Assembly (NCBI GenBank): GCA_965223705.1
Contig: OZ245015.1
Span: 2,816,001 to 2,880,000 of the forward strand
Reading direction: 5' to 3'
Source: Myxococcota bacterium
GTDB lineage: Bacteria > Myxococcota_A > UBA9160 > UBA6930
Length of the DNA stretch: 64,000 bases
Shown: piece after piece, positions 9,109 through 19,004 of the stretch
Layout of the letters: each line of letters opens with the position of its first letter
Numbering within the stretch: the stretch's first letter is position 1
Position numbers and translations under genes: made by a program
The notes under the pieces: model-generated
What the model saw: the letters and a program-made list of their open reading frames with translations, nothing else
What the model was told of the DNA's origin: nothing
Databases searched by the model: none

Positions 9109-10041
9109 ATGTCTGAGAAGCCACCCGAAGTCTTGCCGCCCATCGAGCCGCCGAACGAACGCGTTCGAGTCGACATGCCCGACGGTGCGTCCATCGAGCT
9201 GCGAAGACACGGCAACCCCGACGGGCCCCGAGTGCTCGTATCCCATGGCAACGGTTTCGCGACCGACGGATACTGGCCCTTCTGGCGGCACTTGACCGCC
9301 GACTACGATCTCGTGATCTACGATCAGCGCAATCACGGCCAAAATCCGCGGCACCGCCTCGAGAACCATCGTGTGGCCCGCATGGCCGAAGACCTCGAGC
9401 TCCTGCTCCAAACCATCGGCGACCGGTTCGGCGAGAGGCCCGTGCGCGGCGTGTTCCACTCGCTCTCGGCGATTGTGAGCGTCGTCCACGCTTCGCGCTT
9501 CCGATGGCCGTGGGAGGCGCTGGTCCTCGTCGACCCGCCGTTTTGTCCGGCTCCTGACGATCCGCTCCGCCCGCGTTCCCTCGCTGAAGAAGGCGAGCTA
9601 TCCGAACGTGCCGCCAAGCGACGGAACGGGTTCGACACGCCCGACGATCTGGCGAAGCGACTCGAGGAAGGGCTCGGACACTGGGTCCCCGGTGCGCCGG
9701 CGTGCATGGCGCGCGCGATACTTCGCCCGAGTGAGGGAGCCGAGGAAGCCTTCGAGCTGTCGTGCCCGGGCGCTTTCGAATCGCGGATCTTCGCCGACAA
9801 CTCGAGCTTGAACCTCACGCCCATTTTGAAAGAGCTCCCCGACTGCATCCTCTACTTGTGCGCTGATCCCGAGGCGCCGCCCAAGGCGATGCCCGGCATC
9901 GTGAACCGCGCCCTTCACGAGCGTTACGGCCTCCGCTACGAGGCTGTCGCGGGCGCGACGCACATGCTCCAGCTCGAACGCCCCGAGCACGCCGCCGACC
10001 GGGTCCGCGCGTTTTTCGGCGCCGTTGGTTTCGAGGTATGA
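9109..10041 (+). CDS. Alpha/beta hydrolase
   Basis: HGNGF, YDQRNHG, FHSLSA nucleophile elbow, THMLQLE. Confidence 0.85.
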   Translation: MSEKPPEVLPPIEPPNERVRVDMPDGASIELRRHGNPDGPRVLVSHGNGFATDGYWPFWRHLTADYDLVIYDQRNHGQNPRHRLENHRVARMAEDLELLLQTIGDRFGERPVRGVFHSLSAIVSVVHASRFRWPWEALVLVDPPFCPAPDDPLRPRSLAEEGELSERAAKRRNGFDTPDDLAKRLEEGLGHWVPGAPACMARAILRPSEGAEEAFELSCPGAFESRIFADNSSLNLTPILKELPDCILYLCADPEAPPKAMPGIVNRALHERYGLRYEAVAGATHMLQLERPEHAADRVRAFFGAVGFEV

Positions 10042-10099
10042 TCGCCACGACGCACCGGCAATCCCCAGGCGGAAGCCTCAACGAACGGGAAGGAACAAC

Positions 10100-10948
10100 A
10101 TGCTCCAGTGGAAAATCGGCGACACGAAGATCACGCAGTTGATCGAGATGACGGCTTCTGGCGGTGAGCTCGAGGTCTTGCCGGATGCGACGCCTTCGGG
10201 TCTATCGGAGATGCCTTGGCTGAAGCCCAACTTCGTCTCTCCGGAAGACAACCTGATCCTCAACATCCAGATGCTGATCATCGAGACACCGTCTCGCAAA
10301 ATGGTCGTCGACACGTGCATCGGCAACGACAAGGCTTTGAACATCGAAGACTGGGCCAACCTCCAGTTGCCCTTCATGGACGACTTGAAGAAGCTCGGCC
10401 ACGATCCGGACTCGATCGACACTGTTATCTGCACGCACCTTCACGTCGACCACGTGGGTTGGAACACCAAGAAAGTCAACGACAAGTGGGTGCCGTCTTT
10501 CCCGAACGCGCGATACCTCATCGTGGAGGAAGAATTCGCTTTCTGGCGCGATCTCGAGGAAGATCCGTTCGGAGACGTCTTCGGCGAATCGGTGAAGCCC
10601 GTCTTCGACGCAGGACTCGTCGACCTCGTGAAGAACGATCACCAAGTCGGAGACGGTGTCTGGTTCGAATCGACGCCGGGACACACCCCGGGCCACGTCA
10701 GCGTGCGCATCAGCTCGGGCGGAGAGGACGCCGTCATCACCGGCGACATGATGCATCACCCGTGTCAGATCGGGCGACCCGACTGGGTGACGCCCTTTGA
10801 CGCGGACAACGACGCGGCGCGGACCACCCGCCGGCAGTTCCTCGAGCGCTACGCCGACAAGCCGGTGCTGGTCTTGGGCACACACTTCGCCGACCCGGTG
10901 GGCGGCAAGATCGTGCGCGACGGAGACACGTATCGTTTCGACGTCTAG
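10100..10948 (+). CDS. Metallo-beta-lactamase fold hydrolase (lactonase-like)
   Basis: THLHVDHVG, TPGHTPGH, ITGDMMH, GTHF. Start at ATG 10100 after AGGA. Confidence 0.9.
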   Translation: MLQWKIGDTKITQLIEMTASGGELEVLPDATPSGLSEMPWLKPNFVSPEDNLILNIQMLIIETPSRKMVVDTCIGNDKALNIEDWANLQLPFMDDLKKLGHDPDSIDTVICTHLHVDHVGWNTKKVNDKWVPSFPNARYLIVEEEFAFWRDLEEDPFGDVFGESVKPVFDAGLVDLVKNDHQVGDGVWFESTPGHTPGHVSVRISSGGEDAVITGDMMHHPCQIGRPDWVTPFDADNDAARTTRRQFLERYADKPVLVLGTHFADPVGGKIVRDGDTYRFDV

Positions 10949-12321
10949 CGGTTCGCCAGAGCCGGATCCGGAGCTTCGGGGAGCCGCTCGAGCTGCTTTT
11001 CGAGCTCCGCGTCCGGCAACGCGACATCGACCATGTCTTCGGAGAGGAAGCGCTCATACGCGCTCAAATCGAAATGGCCGTGGCCTGAAAGATTAAAGAG
11101 CAGGCACGCGTCGCGGCCGGTTTCGCGACACCGAAGCGCTTCATCGATGACGGCCTTGACCGCGTGCGCGGATTCCGGCGCCGGCAGAATGCCCTCCGTG
11201 CGCGTAAAGAGAAGCGCCGCTTCGAAGATCTCGCGCTGATCGTACGCGCGCGCTCCGACCAAACCCGTGTGACACAGGCCCGAAACCAGAGGGCTCATGC
11301 CGTGGTAGCGCAGGCCGCCGGCGTGGATCCCGGCGGGCACGAAGTCGTGGCCGAGAGTGAACATGGCGGAAAGTGGCGTAAGACCGGCGAGATCTCCAAA
11401 GTCGTAGGCGTAGCGCCCGCGTGTGAGGGTCGGACAAGCCGTCGGCTCGACGGTCAAGAAATCGATTTCTTGGCCCGCGAGCCGATCGGCGACGAACGGC
11501 GCCGCGATCCCTGCAAAGTTCGATCCCCCACCGGCGCACGCAATCACCATATCGGCGCGCTCTCCGACGCTTGCGAGTTGCTCGCGCGCCTCGAGACCGA
11601 CGACGCTCTGGTGCAAGCACACGTGATGAAGGACGCTCCCCAGCGCGTAGTGCGTGTCGTCGTTCGTCGCGGCGACTTCCACCGCTTCGCTGATCGCGAT
11701 CCCCAGCGAGCCCGTGGAATCGGGGTCGCGACGGAGGACGTCGCGACCGGCCCGGGTCTCGGCCGACGGCGAGGAAACGACCGACGCCCCCCAGGTTTGC
11801 ATGAGCGTTCGTCGGTAGGGCTTCTGGTCGTAGCTCACGCGCACCATGTAGACCCGGCACTCGAGCCCAAACAGGTTCGAGGCGAACGCGAGGCTCGAGC
11901 CCCACTGCCCCGCTCCGGTTTCCGTCGCCAGCGCCGCGACACCCTCCTTCGCATTGTAGTAAGCCTGCGGTACCGCGGAGTTCGGTTTGTGGGAGCCCGC
12001 CGGACTCACCGACTCGTTCTTGTAGTAGATCCTCGCCGGCGTCCCGAGCGCCTCTTCCAGAAACCTCGCTCGAACGAGCGGCGTCGGCCGCCAGATTGCA
12101 AGCTTCTCCCGGACGGGTTCCGGAATCTCGATCCAGCGCTCATTCGATACTTCCTGCTCGATGAGCGCGTGCGCGAACAGGGGCGCTAGATCTTCGGCGC
12201 GGAGCGGCTCTCCGGTTCCGGGGTGGAGGTAGGGCGGAATGGCTTCCGGGAGGTCGGCGCGCAGGTTGTACCACGCCGTCGGCAGTTTCTCCGCGGGCAG
12301 CGAGATGTGTCGGTCCATCAA
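10945..12321 (-). CDS. trpB2: TrpB2 (tryptophan synthase beta-like PLP enzyme)
   Basis: SPAGSHKPN (PLP Lys), TETGAGQWG, GGGSNFAG, HAGGLRYHG, PAPESAHA, NLSGHG. Confidence 0.93.
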   Translation of the reverse strand: MMDRHISLPAEKLPTAWYNLRADLPEAIPPYLHPGTGEPLRAEDLAPLFAHALIEQEVSNERWIEIPEPVREKLAIWRPTPLVRARFLEEALGTPARIYYKNESVSPAGSHKPNSAVPQAYYNAKEGVAALATETGAGQWGSSLAFASNLFGLECRVYMVRVSYDQKPYRRTLMQTWGASVVSSPSAETRAGRDVLRRDPDSTGSLGIAISEAVEVAATNDDTHYALGSVLHHVCLHQSVVGLEAREQLASVGERADMVIACAGGGSNFAGIAAPFVADRLAGQEIDFLTVEPTACPTLTRGRYAYDFGDLAGLTPLSAMFTLGHDFVPAGIHAGGLRYHGMSPLVSGLCHTGLVGARAYDQREIFEAALLFTRTEGILPAPESAHAVKAVIDEALRCRETGRDACLLFNLSGHGHFDLSAYERFLSEDMVDVALPDAELEKQLERLPEAPDPALANR

Positions 12322-12345
12322 CGAGATCCCTTCGGCGCCCTTCGC

Positions 12346-13155
12346 CTAGCGGTCCGAATTACGCGGACGAAAAAGGCCTTCTTGAGCGACCGTAGCAACG
12401 TGGGAGCCAGACTGGCTAAACACGCGCCCACTCGCCAAGCCGCGTACCCCGTCGAAGTTTCTCCCGATGAGATCGAGCAGGAGCCAGTCCGTCGCACGAG
12501 TCGAACGGTGGAACCAAATCGCGTGGTCGAGGCTCACGGAAACGTGCTCGTCGCTCCATTGACCCGCTTCGGGGGGTGCGGGATGCGCCGCGACCGCCGC
12601 ATCGATCGGGCTCAGATCCGTTAGGTAGGCGACGGCGCAGGCGTCGAGGCGCGGATCGTCTTCGAGCTCCCCCGGAAACTGCACCCAAGTCGCCACCCTC
12701 GGCGGATCGTTCGAAAAGACGGTGTCGCGCCGCTCGATACCGGCGTCCCAGCGCCCCGGCACATCGTCGGGCCCGGGCAGGTCGCCGGGGAAGCTCGCGC
12801 TCGCGCCACGGGGACCGCTCTCGTCGACGTGAAACGAGCATATCAGCGTCAAAATGTCTCCGAAGGACTGCCGCGCGGTCACCTGCCGGGTCGCGAAGGA
12901 ACGACCGTCGCGGACCCTCGCGACGCTGTAGCGGATCGGCTCCTGCAGAGAACAGGCCCGCACGAAATACGCGTGGAGTGAATGCGGCGACAGGGTTTCC
13001 GGCACGGTGTGAGTCGCCGCCCACAGAGCCTGGGCCACGACCAGACCCCCGTAGCCAAAACCCCAGGCGTAAGGCGGACTCTTTCCCTCGAAGACGTCCT
13101 CCTCGCGGAACGCGAGGTTGAATATTTCCGATAGATCGAGCGGGCCTTGGTCCAT
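12346..13155 (-). CDS. tesB: Acyl-CoA thioesterase II (TesB family)
   Basis: YGGLVVAQAL, HSLHAYF, RDGRSFATR, SLDHAIWFH, QEGL. Confidence 0.85.
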   Translation of the reverse strand: MDQGPLDLSEIFNLAFREEDVFEGKSPPYAWGFGYGGLVVAQALWAATHTVPETLSPHSLHAYFVRACSLQEPIRYSVARVRDGRSFATRQVTARQSFGDILTLICSFHVDESGPRGASASFPGDLPGPDDVPGRWDAGIERRDTVFSNDPPRVATWVQFPGELEDDPRLDACAVAYLTDLSPIDAAVAAHPAPPEAGQWSDEHVSVSLDHAIWFHRSTRATDWLLLDLIGRNFDGVRGLASGRVFSQSGSHVATVAQEGLFRPRNSDR

Positions 13156-13262
13156 CAAAGCAGGGTACAGAACCACCGTGAAGAGCCGTCACACCGCTAC
13201 TCAAAATGCGCTACCCGTCGGAGTCCCGGGCGGACGCCCCGCTTCGGCGCAAGGAGATATCG

Positions 13263-13580
13263 ATGGAATTCCTTTTTATCGGCGACATCGTCAAGCCCGA
13301 CGGCATGAGCGACAAAGAGTTCTTCAAGGTTTGGCAAAAAGAGTCCGAGGCGGCGGTCGCCGGCCTCGACTCGGGCGGCATCAAAGCCCTGTGGAAGGCC
13401 GCGGGTCGATACCAAGTGATCGGGGTCTTCGATTTCCCGGACGCCGACACGATGGACGCGGCGTTTCACCAGTTGCCGATCTGGGCGATGGGCCACCACG
13501 AGATGGTGCAGAACACGCAGCTGATCCCACTGCGCGACTATCGGAACTGGGCCAAAGACCTGGTCGGACTCGCGAGCTAG
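13263..13580 (+). CDS. Muconolactone delta-isomerase family protein
   Basis: ~105 aa; LWKAAGRY.VIGVFD and LPIW match the MIase pattern; AAGGAG RBS. Confidence 0.7.
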   Translation: MEFLFIGDIVKPDGMSDKEFFKVWQKESEAAVAGLDSGGIKALWKAAGRYQVIGVFDFPDADTMDAAFHQLPIWAMGHHEMVQNTQLIPLRDYRNWAKDLVGLAS

Positions 13581-13590
13581 TCGCTGGGCC

Positions 13591-13619
13591 GCGTTCGGGA
13601 GGCGGAGCCTCCCGAACGC
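13591..13619. terminator. GC-rich hairpin between convergent genes
   Basis: GCGTTCGGGAGGC-gga-GCCTCCCGAACGC, a perfect 13-bp stem; no U tract. Confidence 0.55.
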
Positions 13620-14318
13620 CTAGGACGCGCCGCGCGGGACGAGATCGCTTGATCGCTCGTAACGCCAGCCACCCTCGAGCATCCACACCCGATGGCGCGG
13701 CCCGGGCTGATCGAGGTCACCCCCCGCAAAAGCGGCGTCTTCGCTGAGAATCGACACCACCCCGCCGGGCACCTTCGCGGTGCGCGGTAGATGACGCGGG
13801 ACTTCGCGCTGGCGGAAAGCTGCGAACGTTTCGTCGACGCCCGCAAACTCGGCGAGCCAGTGACTCGTGACGTAGGTCGGCGCGGGCAACTCCATCTCGC
13901 CCTTCGCCTGTGCCGTGAGCGCATCGGCGGGTCGCAACCAGCGATGATCGTGAATTTCGCCGCCGTCGATCGTGACTTCGCCCGAGCCCGCCGGTGCGAG
14001 GAAAAACCAGGTCCGAAAACGCTTGGGACGCACCGGGGGGGTGGTCCACTCCGCGATCTCCAGCATGGTCTCGGGAGCCGTAGCGACACCCGCTTCCTCG
14101 TGGGCTTCGCGCGCGGCCGCTCGCCTCGCTGCGGCCTCGAGATCATCCGGCTCACTCGAGAAGTCGGCCGGGTCGATTCGACCACCGGGGTACACCCACG
14201 CCCCGCCGTGGAACGCGAGCTTTGCGTTTCGCTGCACGTAGAGAACTTCGAGGCCCTGGGACCCGTCGCGTACCAGGAGCACGGTCGCCGCGAGAAAAAT
14301 CTGCGATTCGTCTGCCAT
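13620..14318 (-). CDS. NUDIX hydrolase (Nudt19-like)
   Basis: AATVLLVRD, YPGGRID, AAREAHEEAG, WTTP..RPKRFRTWFF. Confidence 0.88.
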   Translation of the reverse strand: MADESQIFLAATVLLVRDGSQGLEVLYVQRNAKLAFHGGAWVYPGGRIDPADFSSEPDDLEAAARRAAAREAHEEAGVATAPETMLEIAEWTTPPVRPKRFRTWFFLAPAGSGEVTIDGGEIHDHRWLRPADALTAQAKGEMELPAPTYVTSHWLAEFAGVDETFAAFRQREVPRHLPRTAKVPGGVVSILSEDAAFAGGDLDQPGPRHRVWMLEGGWRYERSSDLVPRGAS

Positions 14319-14388
14319 CTGGTGAGCCTAGCCTTCTAACGGCCCGAAAACAGCTGACACCGGCAGGGACGTCCTCGATACTGGTCAG

Positions 14389-15441
14389 ATGCCTGGAGAA
14401 GAACGGATCGGAAAACCCCTCGAGCGCGTGTTGCGGGGTTTTGAACAAGTTCAAGAGCATCTGCTCTTTCACCAGGCGGGGGCGGCGCAAACCGACCTCC
14501 ACGTCGCGGTGGGGGAGCCCCTGGACGAGCTCGTGCGTTGGCTCGACGAAGCTGGAGATGACCCGCTCTGCCGAGACCTTCGCGAACCGATCGATTCGCT
14601 CGTCGAAGCGAAAGAAGCGTTCCTTCGCCGCGACCGCGATTTCTCGCTGTCGTTTTTCGCGATGCGTCGGAGTTTTTCGCGCGCGCTGCCCCTCCTGTAC
14701 GCAATGCGAGAGCGCATCCCCTCCTTGCGTCCCTACTGGTTCGAAGAGCAAGCGCTCCCTCGAGCAGACACCCTCGAAGCCATCTCCGCAGATCCCGAGA
14801 CGGTGGGACTGCGAGCCTGGGAACGCACGGACGAGCGCGCGGAATACGCGATGTATGTCCCGGAAACCTACACGCCCGATCGCAGCTGGCCCCTTATCGT
14901 ATGTCTCCACGGCGGCTACGGGCGCGAAGACGAATACCTCTGGTCGTGGATGCGAACGGCGAAGAGCCATGCGCAGATCGTGTTGTCAGCGAAGTCGAAG
15001 AGCTCCACTTGGTCGTTCGCGATTCCCGACCAGGATTTCGCTTCCGTTCTCGCGATGCTCGACGAGGTCGAGGAACGGTTCGCCGTAGAACGCGACCGGA
15101 TTCTGCTCACCGGCTTGTCCGACGGCGGGACGTTCACGTACCTCCTCGGCCTTCGGCACGCGAATCGATTTTCGGCTCTAGCGCCGATTGCCGCGGCCGG
15201 CTTCCACCCGATGCTCGATGTCCTCTTGCGCGAAGGAGCCGGCAAGGAGCTCCCGATCCATCTCGTGCACGGTGTCCACGATCCGATTTTTCCCGTCGCT
15301 ACGGCGCGCGCGACGCATCAACTGCTCGAAGCGATCCACTACCGGGCGACGTACACGGAGCTTCCTGACTGGGGGCACGCCATCCCCTACTCGATTCACG
15401 AGCGGATCATCTTTCCCTGGTTCGCTGGGCTCGGTGAATAG
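14389..15441 (+). CDS. Phospholipase/carboxylesterase family serine hydrolase
   Basis: PLIVCLHGG, GLSDGG nucleophile, HGVHD, WGH. Confidence 0.8.
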   Translation: MPGEERIGKPLERVLRGFEQVQEHLLFHQAGAAQTDLHVAVGEPLDELVRWLDEAGDDPLCRDLREPIDSLVEAKEAFLRRDRDFSLSFFAMRRSFSRALPLLYAMRERIPSLRPYWFEEQALPRADTLEAISADPETVGLRAWERTDERAEYAMYVPETYTPDRSWPLIVCLHGGYGREDEYLWSWMRTAKSHAQIVLSAKSKSSTWSFAIPDQDFASVLAMLDEVEERFAVERDRILLTGLSDGGTFTYLLGLRHANRFSALAPIAAAGFHPMLDVLLREGAGKELPIHLVHGVHDPIFPVATARATHQLLEAIHYRATYTELPDWGHAIPYSIHERIIFPWFAGLGE

Positions 15442-15470
15442 CGAACCTCCCCCCTCGTCCAAGGAACGTT

Positions 15471-16145
15471 ATGAAGCACCGAAACGCCGGCGTGGCCGGC
15501 ACGACCGTCGTCCTCCTCCTCCTCGGGGCGGTGCTCGCTACGGCGGGCATCACGTATTGGGTGTTGCGGAGCACGATCTATCCCAAACCGTTTCAGCCGG
15601 TGACGCTCGCCCCAGTCGAACAGCGAGCCCTCGACCAGAAGCTCCGCGCACTCGGTGTTGACTGGACCGTGGCAGACACAACGACAGCCGAGGCGCCCCT
15701 CAGCGAGCGCCCCGCGCCGCTCGAGCCCGAACCCTACGCCGAGGATCCGGAGCGGCGCGAGATCGCGCTGAGCGAGCGCGAGCTCAACGGGATCCTCGCC
15801 CACAACACCGACCTCGCCCATCGGGTCGCAATCGATCTATCGGAGGATCTCGCCAGTGCGAAGGTCCTTCTTCCTATGGACCCGGACCTGCCCTTCGTCG
15901 GCGGCAAGACGCTGAAGCTGAACGCCGGTCTGCACCTCGCCTTTCGCGACGGGCAGCCGATCGTTCAGCTTCGCGGAATCAGCGTCATGGGCGTGCCGTT
16001 GCCGAACGCCTGGCTCGGAAATTTGAAGAACGTGGATCTCATCCGCGAATTCGGCGACGAACCCGGCTTCTGGAAGAGCTTTGCCGACGGGATCGAGCTC
16101 ATGGACGTGCGAGACGGATCCCTGCTCGTCAAGCTCCGCGAATAG
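15471..16145 (+). CDS. Hypothetical membrane-anchored protein
   Basis: N-terminal TM helix; AAGGA RBS; beta-rich C-terminal domain (GVPLPNAWLG). Confidence 0.6.
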   Translation: MKHRNAGVAGTTVVLLLLGAVLATAGITYWVLRSTIYPKPFQPVTLAPVEQRALDQKLRALGVDWTVADTTTAEAPLSERPAPLEPEPYAEDPERREIALSERELNGILAHNTDLAHRVAIDLSEDLASAKVLLPMDPDLPFVGGKTLKLNAGLHLAFRDGQPIVQLRGISVMGVPLPNAWLGNLKNVDLIREFGDEPGFWKSFADGIELMDVRDGSLLVKLRE

Positions 16146-16148
16146 CCG

Positions 16149-17753
16149 CTACGCCGACGAAGCGAAGTGTCGGGCGCTGCTCGACCGCCAGAGATCGTGC
16201 AGCGAGCTCTTCCCCGCGCCTTCCAACAGCTCGCCCGGCTGCACGTCCGGGTACAGCCGTTCCATCGAATGGATCTCCCAAGGGCTGACCCGGAGATAGA
16301 GATGACTCCGTTTGAGCTCGGACGGGTGCGTGAGACCCGCAGCACCCAGAACCTCGGCGAACGCCTTGACTGTGTTGCGATGAAACGCCGCGACGCGGCG
16401 CGCTTTCTCATCGACGACGAGTGCACGGACCAGTGCCGGATCTTGCGTCGCGACGCCGACGGGACAGACGTTGCGATGGCACTGTTGCGCTTGAATACAG
16501 CCGAGCGCGAACATGAAGCCCCGCGCGGAACTCACCGTATCCGCACCCAGGGCAACCGCCGCCGCCATGTCGAAGCTCGTCACGAGTTTCGCACTCGCGA
16601 TGATGCGGACGCGTTCGCGCAGTCCCGCGCCGACCAATGTATTGCGCACGAAGACGATCGCGTCTTTCACCGGCATCCCCATCGAATCCGAGAACTCGAT
16701 GGGTGCAGCGCCGGTTCCACCTTCTCCGCCATCGACTGCGATGAAGTCCGGAGCGATCCCGGTCTCGACCATTGCCCGCGCGAGGGCCATCAAGTCGCGG
16801 GGGTCCCCCACGGAAAACTTCACGCCGACGGGCTTTCCGGAAGCCAGCTCCCGCAAGCGTCCGACGAACTCGAGGAGGCCCACAGGCGTATCGAACTCCG
16901 GGTGAAAAGGCGGTGACACACAATCGCGACCCTTGGAAATTCCGCGCGCCGCGGCGATCTCGTCGTTGATCTTCACGGCGGGGAGGATCCCTCCGTGGCC
17001 GGGCTTTGCACCCTGGGAAAGTTTCAGCTCGATCATCTTCACGTTGTCCCGCGCCGCCGTCTCGCGGAATGCGTCGGCGTCGAAGCGGCCATCCGATCGC
17101 CGACACCCGAAGTAGGCGGTTCCCAGTTGCCAGACCAGGTCGCCTAAAGCCTCTTCGTGGTAGCGACTCACCCCTCCCTCACCGGTATTGTGGAAGAAGC
17201 CCCCTTCGCGGGCGCCGCGATTCAGCGCCGCGATGGCGCGGCTCGACAACGATCCGAAACTCATGGCCGAGATGTTGAAGATCGACCCCGAGTAAGGCTT
17301 GCCGGAAGGTTCGCCAAAGTCCACACGCAGGTTCCGTGCGGGATCGTCGACGGGCTCGGTCGGCGCCATCGAGTGGACGAACCAGCCGTGACCTTCCTCG
17401 TAGACGTCTCGTTCCGTCCCGAACGGTTTCTTGTCGAGGACGCCTTTCGCACGCTGGTACATCAGCGACCGTTGATCGCGATTGAAAGGGCGACCCTCGG
17501 TGTTGTGTTCCACCAAGTACTGCCGGAGCTCCGGACCGACACCCTCGAGGAGAAAGCGCAAATGCCCGATCACCGGGTGAGAGCGCAGGATGCTGTGCCG
17601 TTCCTGTAGCAGGTCGTGAGCAGCGACACCCAGGAGAGCGAGCGCGACAACGAGCGCCCAACGCGCCGTCGGCCAATAAAAGGTTGCGAGAGCAGAGATG
17701 AGGGCGAAGCTGATGAGGCCGGGGAGCACCCAGGCGCGGATCTGATGGATCAT
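16149..17753 (-). CDS. FMN-binding glutamate synthase family protein (stand-alone, membrane-anchored)
   Basis: ISAMSFGSLS, NTGEGG, ELKLSQGAKPGHGG, DGGEGGTGAAP, CxxAxxCHxxxCP. Confidence 0.92.
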   Translation of the reverse strand: MIHQIRAWVLPGLISFALISALATFYWPTARWALVVALALLGVAAHDLLQERHSILRSHPVIGHLRFLLEGVGPELRQYLVEHNTEGRPFNRDQRSLMYQRAKGVLDKKPFGTERDVYEEGHGWFVHSMAPTEPVDDPARNLRVDFGEPSGKPYSGSIFNISAMSFGSLSSRAIAALNRGAREGGFFHNTGEGGVSRYHEEALGDLVWQLGTAYFGCRRSDGRFDADAFRETAARDNVKMIELKLSQGAKPGHGGILPAVKINDEIAAARGISKGRDCVSPPFHPEFDTPVGLLEFVGRLRELASGKPVGVKFSVGDPRDLMALARAMVETGIAPDFIAVDGGEGGTGAAPIEFSDSMGMPVKDAIVFVRNTLVGAGLRERVRIIASAKLVTSFDMAAAVALGADTVSSARGFMFALGCIQAQQCHRNVCPVGVATQDPALVRALVVDEKARRVAAFHRNTVKAFAEVLGAAGLTHPSELKRSHLYLRVSPWEIHSMERLYPDVQPGELLEGAGKSSLHDLWRSSSARHFASSA

Positions 17754-17833
17754 GCGCGGAGGTTAGGGACCCCGACCACCTTCCGGCAAAGGCCATACCG
17801 CCGCGCTATGAAGTCCTCGTGAACGGAGACTCG

Positions 17834-18997
17834 ATGCCCGAACCGACCGATCGAATCGTTACGGTGGACGCCGACGGCCACGTGCTCGAGCCGCGAGACA
17901 CCTGGATCCGCTACCTGGAACCGACTTTTCGCGACCGCGCGATACGGATCGAACGACAGGGAGACGGTGAAGTGCTCGTCGTCGACGACACGCCGATCGA
18001 GGCTCTGCGGAACCGGATGGCACTCCTCGGAGGGATCGATATGGACCCCGCCGAGCTGCTGCGACCCTCGGGCCCGATGGCCTATGAGGAAGGCTGCCCG
18101 CCCGGTAGCTACGACCCGGCGGCCCGTCTGCGCGTCATGGACGAGGAAGGCGTCGACGTGAGCCTCCTGTATCCGACCATCGGTATCTGCTGGGAAGGTG
18201 CCGTACGCGACGGGACACTAGCCGCCGCGTATACACGCGCGTACAACCGCTGGATCGTCGATTTCTGCAGCCACGACCCGACGCGGCTGGTTCCGATTGC
18301 GCACATTTCGCTGCTCGATCCAGAGCTCGCCGTCACCGAGATGGAACGCGCAGCGAGGGACGGTTGCCGCGGCATCTACCTCTCGCCAGACCGCGCGTCC
18401 CGAGGGATGCGTTACTTCGACGCGCCCGAATTCGACCGCGTGTGGGCCGCGGCTGCGGATCTTTCCCTGCCGCTCGGATTCCACGTGGTCGTTCGCGATC
18501 ATCGCTCGCACCGCTATTTCGATCCCACGGACGAGCGGGCCTACCGGTTCGGCCTGTTCGATTTTGCGTTTCTGGCGATCGATGTGATCGCGGCGTTTAC
18601 GGAGTTCCTCTCGCTCGGAATCTTCGAACGCTTCCCGACACTCAAGCTGTCCGTGCTCGAATCCGGGGCGAACTGGATCTCCGCTTGGCTCGACCGCATG
18701 GACCACAAGTTCGAGGTGGTGAAGAGCAGCACGATTCTGAAGATGCGCCCGAGCGAATACTTCTATCGACAATGTGTGGTTTCCGCCGATCCCGACGAAA
18801 CGCTCACGGGTGCCGTGGTCGACCACATGGGCGCCGATCACTTCGTGTGGGCCTCGGACTACCCGCATGTCGATGCGGACTTCGGCGTCGTCGACGAGAT
18901 TCGCAAACACTTGGCCGGCCTCTCCGCGGAAGCTCAGCGGAAAGTGCTCGGAGAGAACGCGCTCCGCTTCTACGAACTCGAGGCTCCGAAGTACTGA
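17834..18997 (+). CDS. Amidohydrolase_2 family protein
   Basis: DADGH, RAYNRW, LESGANW, WASDYPH, GENA; GGAG RBS before ATG 17834. Confidence 0.9.
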   Translation: MPEPTDRIVTVDADGHVLEPRDTWIRYLEPTFRDRAIRIERQGDGEVLVVDDTPIEALRNRMALLGGIDMDPAELLRPSGPMAYEEGCPPGSYDPAARLRVMDEEGVDVSLLYPTIGICWEGAVRDGTLAAAYTRAYNRWIVDFCSHDPTRLVPIAHISLLDPELAVTEMERAARDGCRGIYLSPDRASRGMRYFDAPEFDRVWAAAADLSLPLGFHVVVRDHRSHRYFDPTDERAYRFGLFDFAFLAIDVIAAFTEFLSLGIFERFPTLKLSVLESGANWISAWLDRMDHKFEVVKSSTILKMRPSEYFYRQCVVSADPDETLTGAVVDHMGADHFVWASDYPHVDADFGVVDEIRKHLAGLSAEAQRKVLGENALRFYELEAPKY

Positions 18998-19004
18998 CGG
19001 CGAG

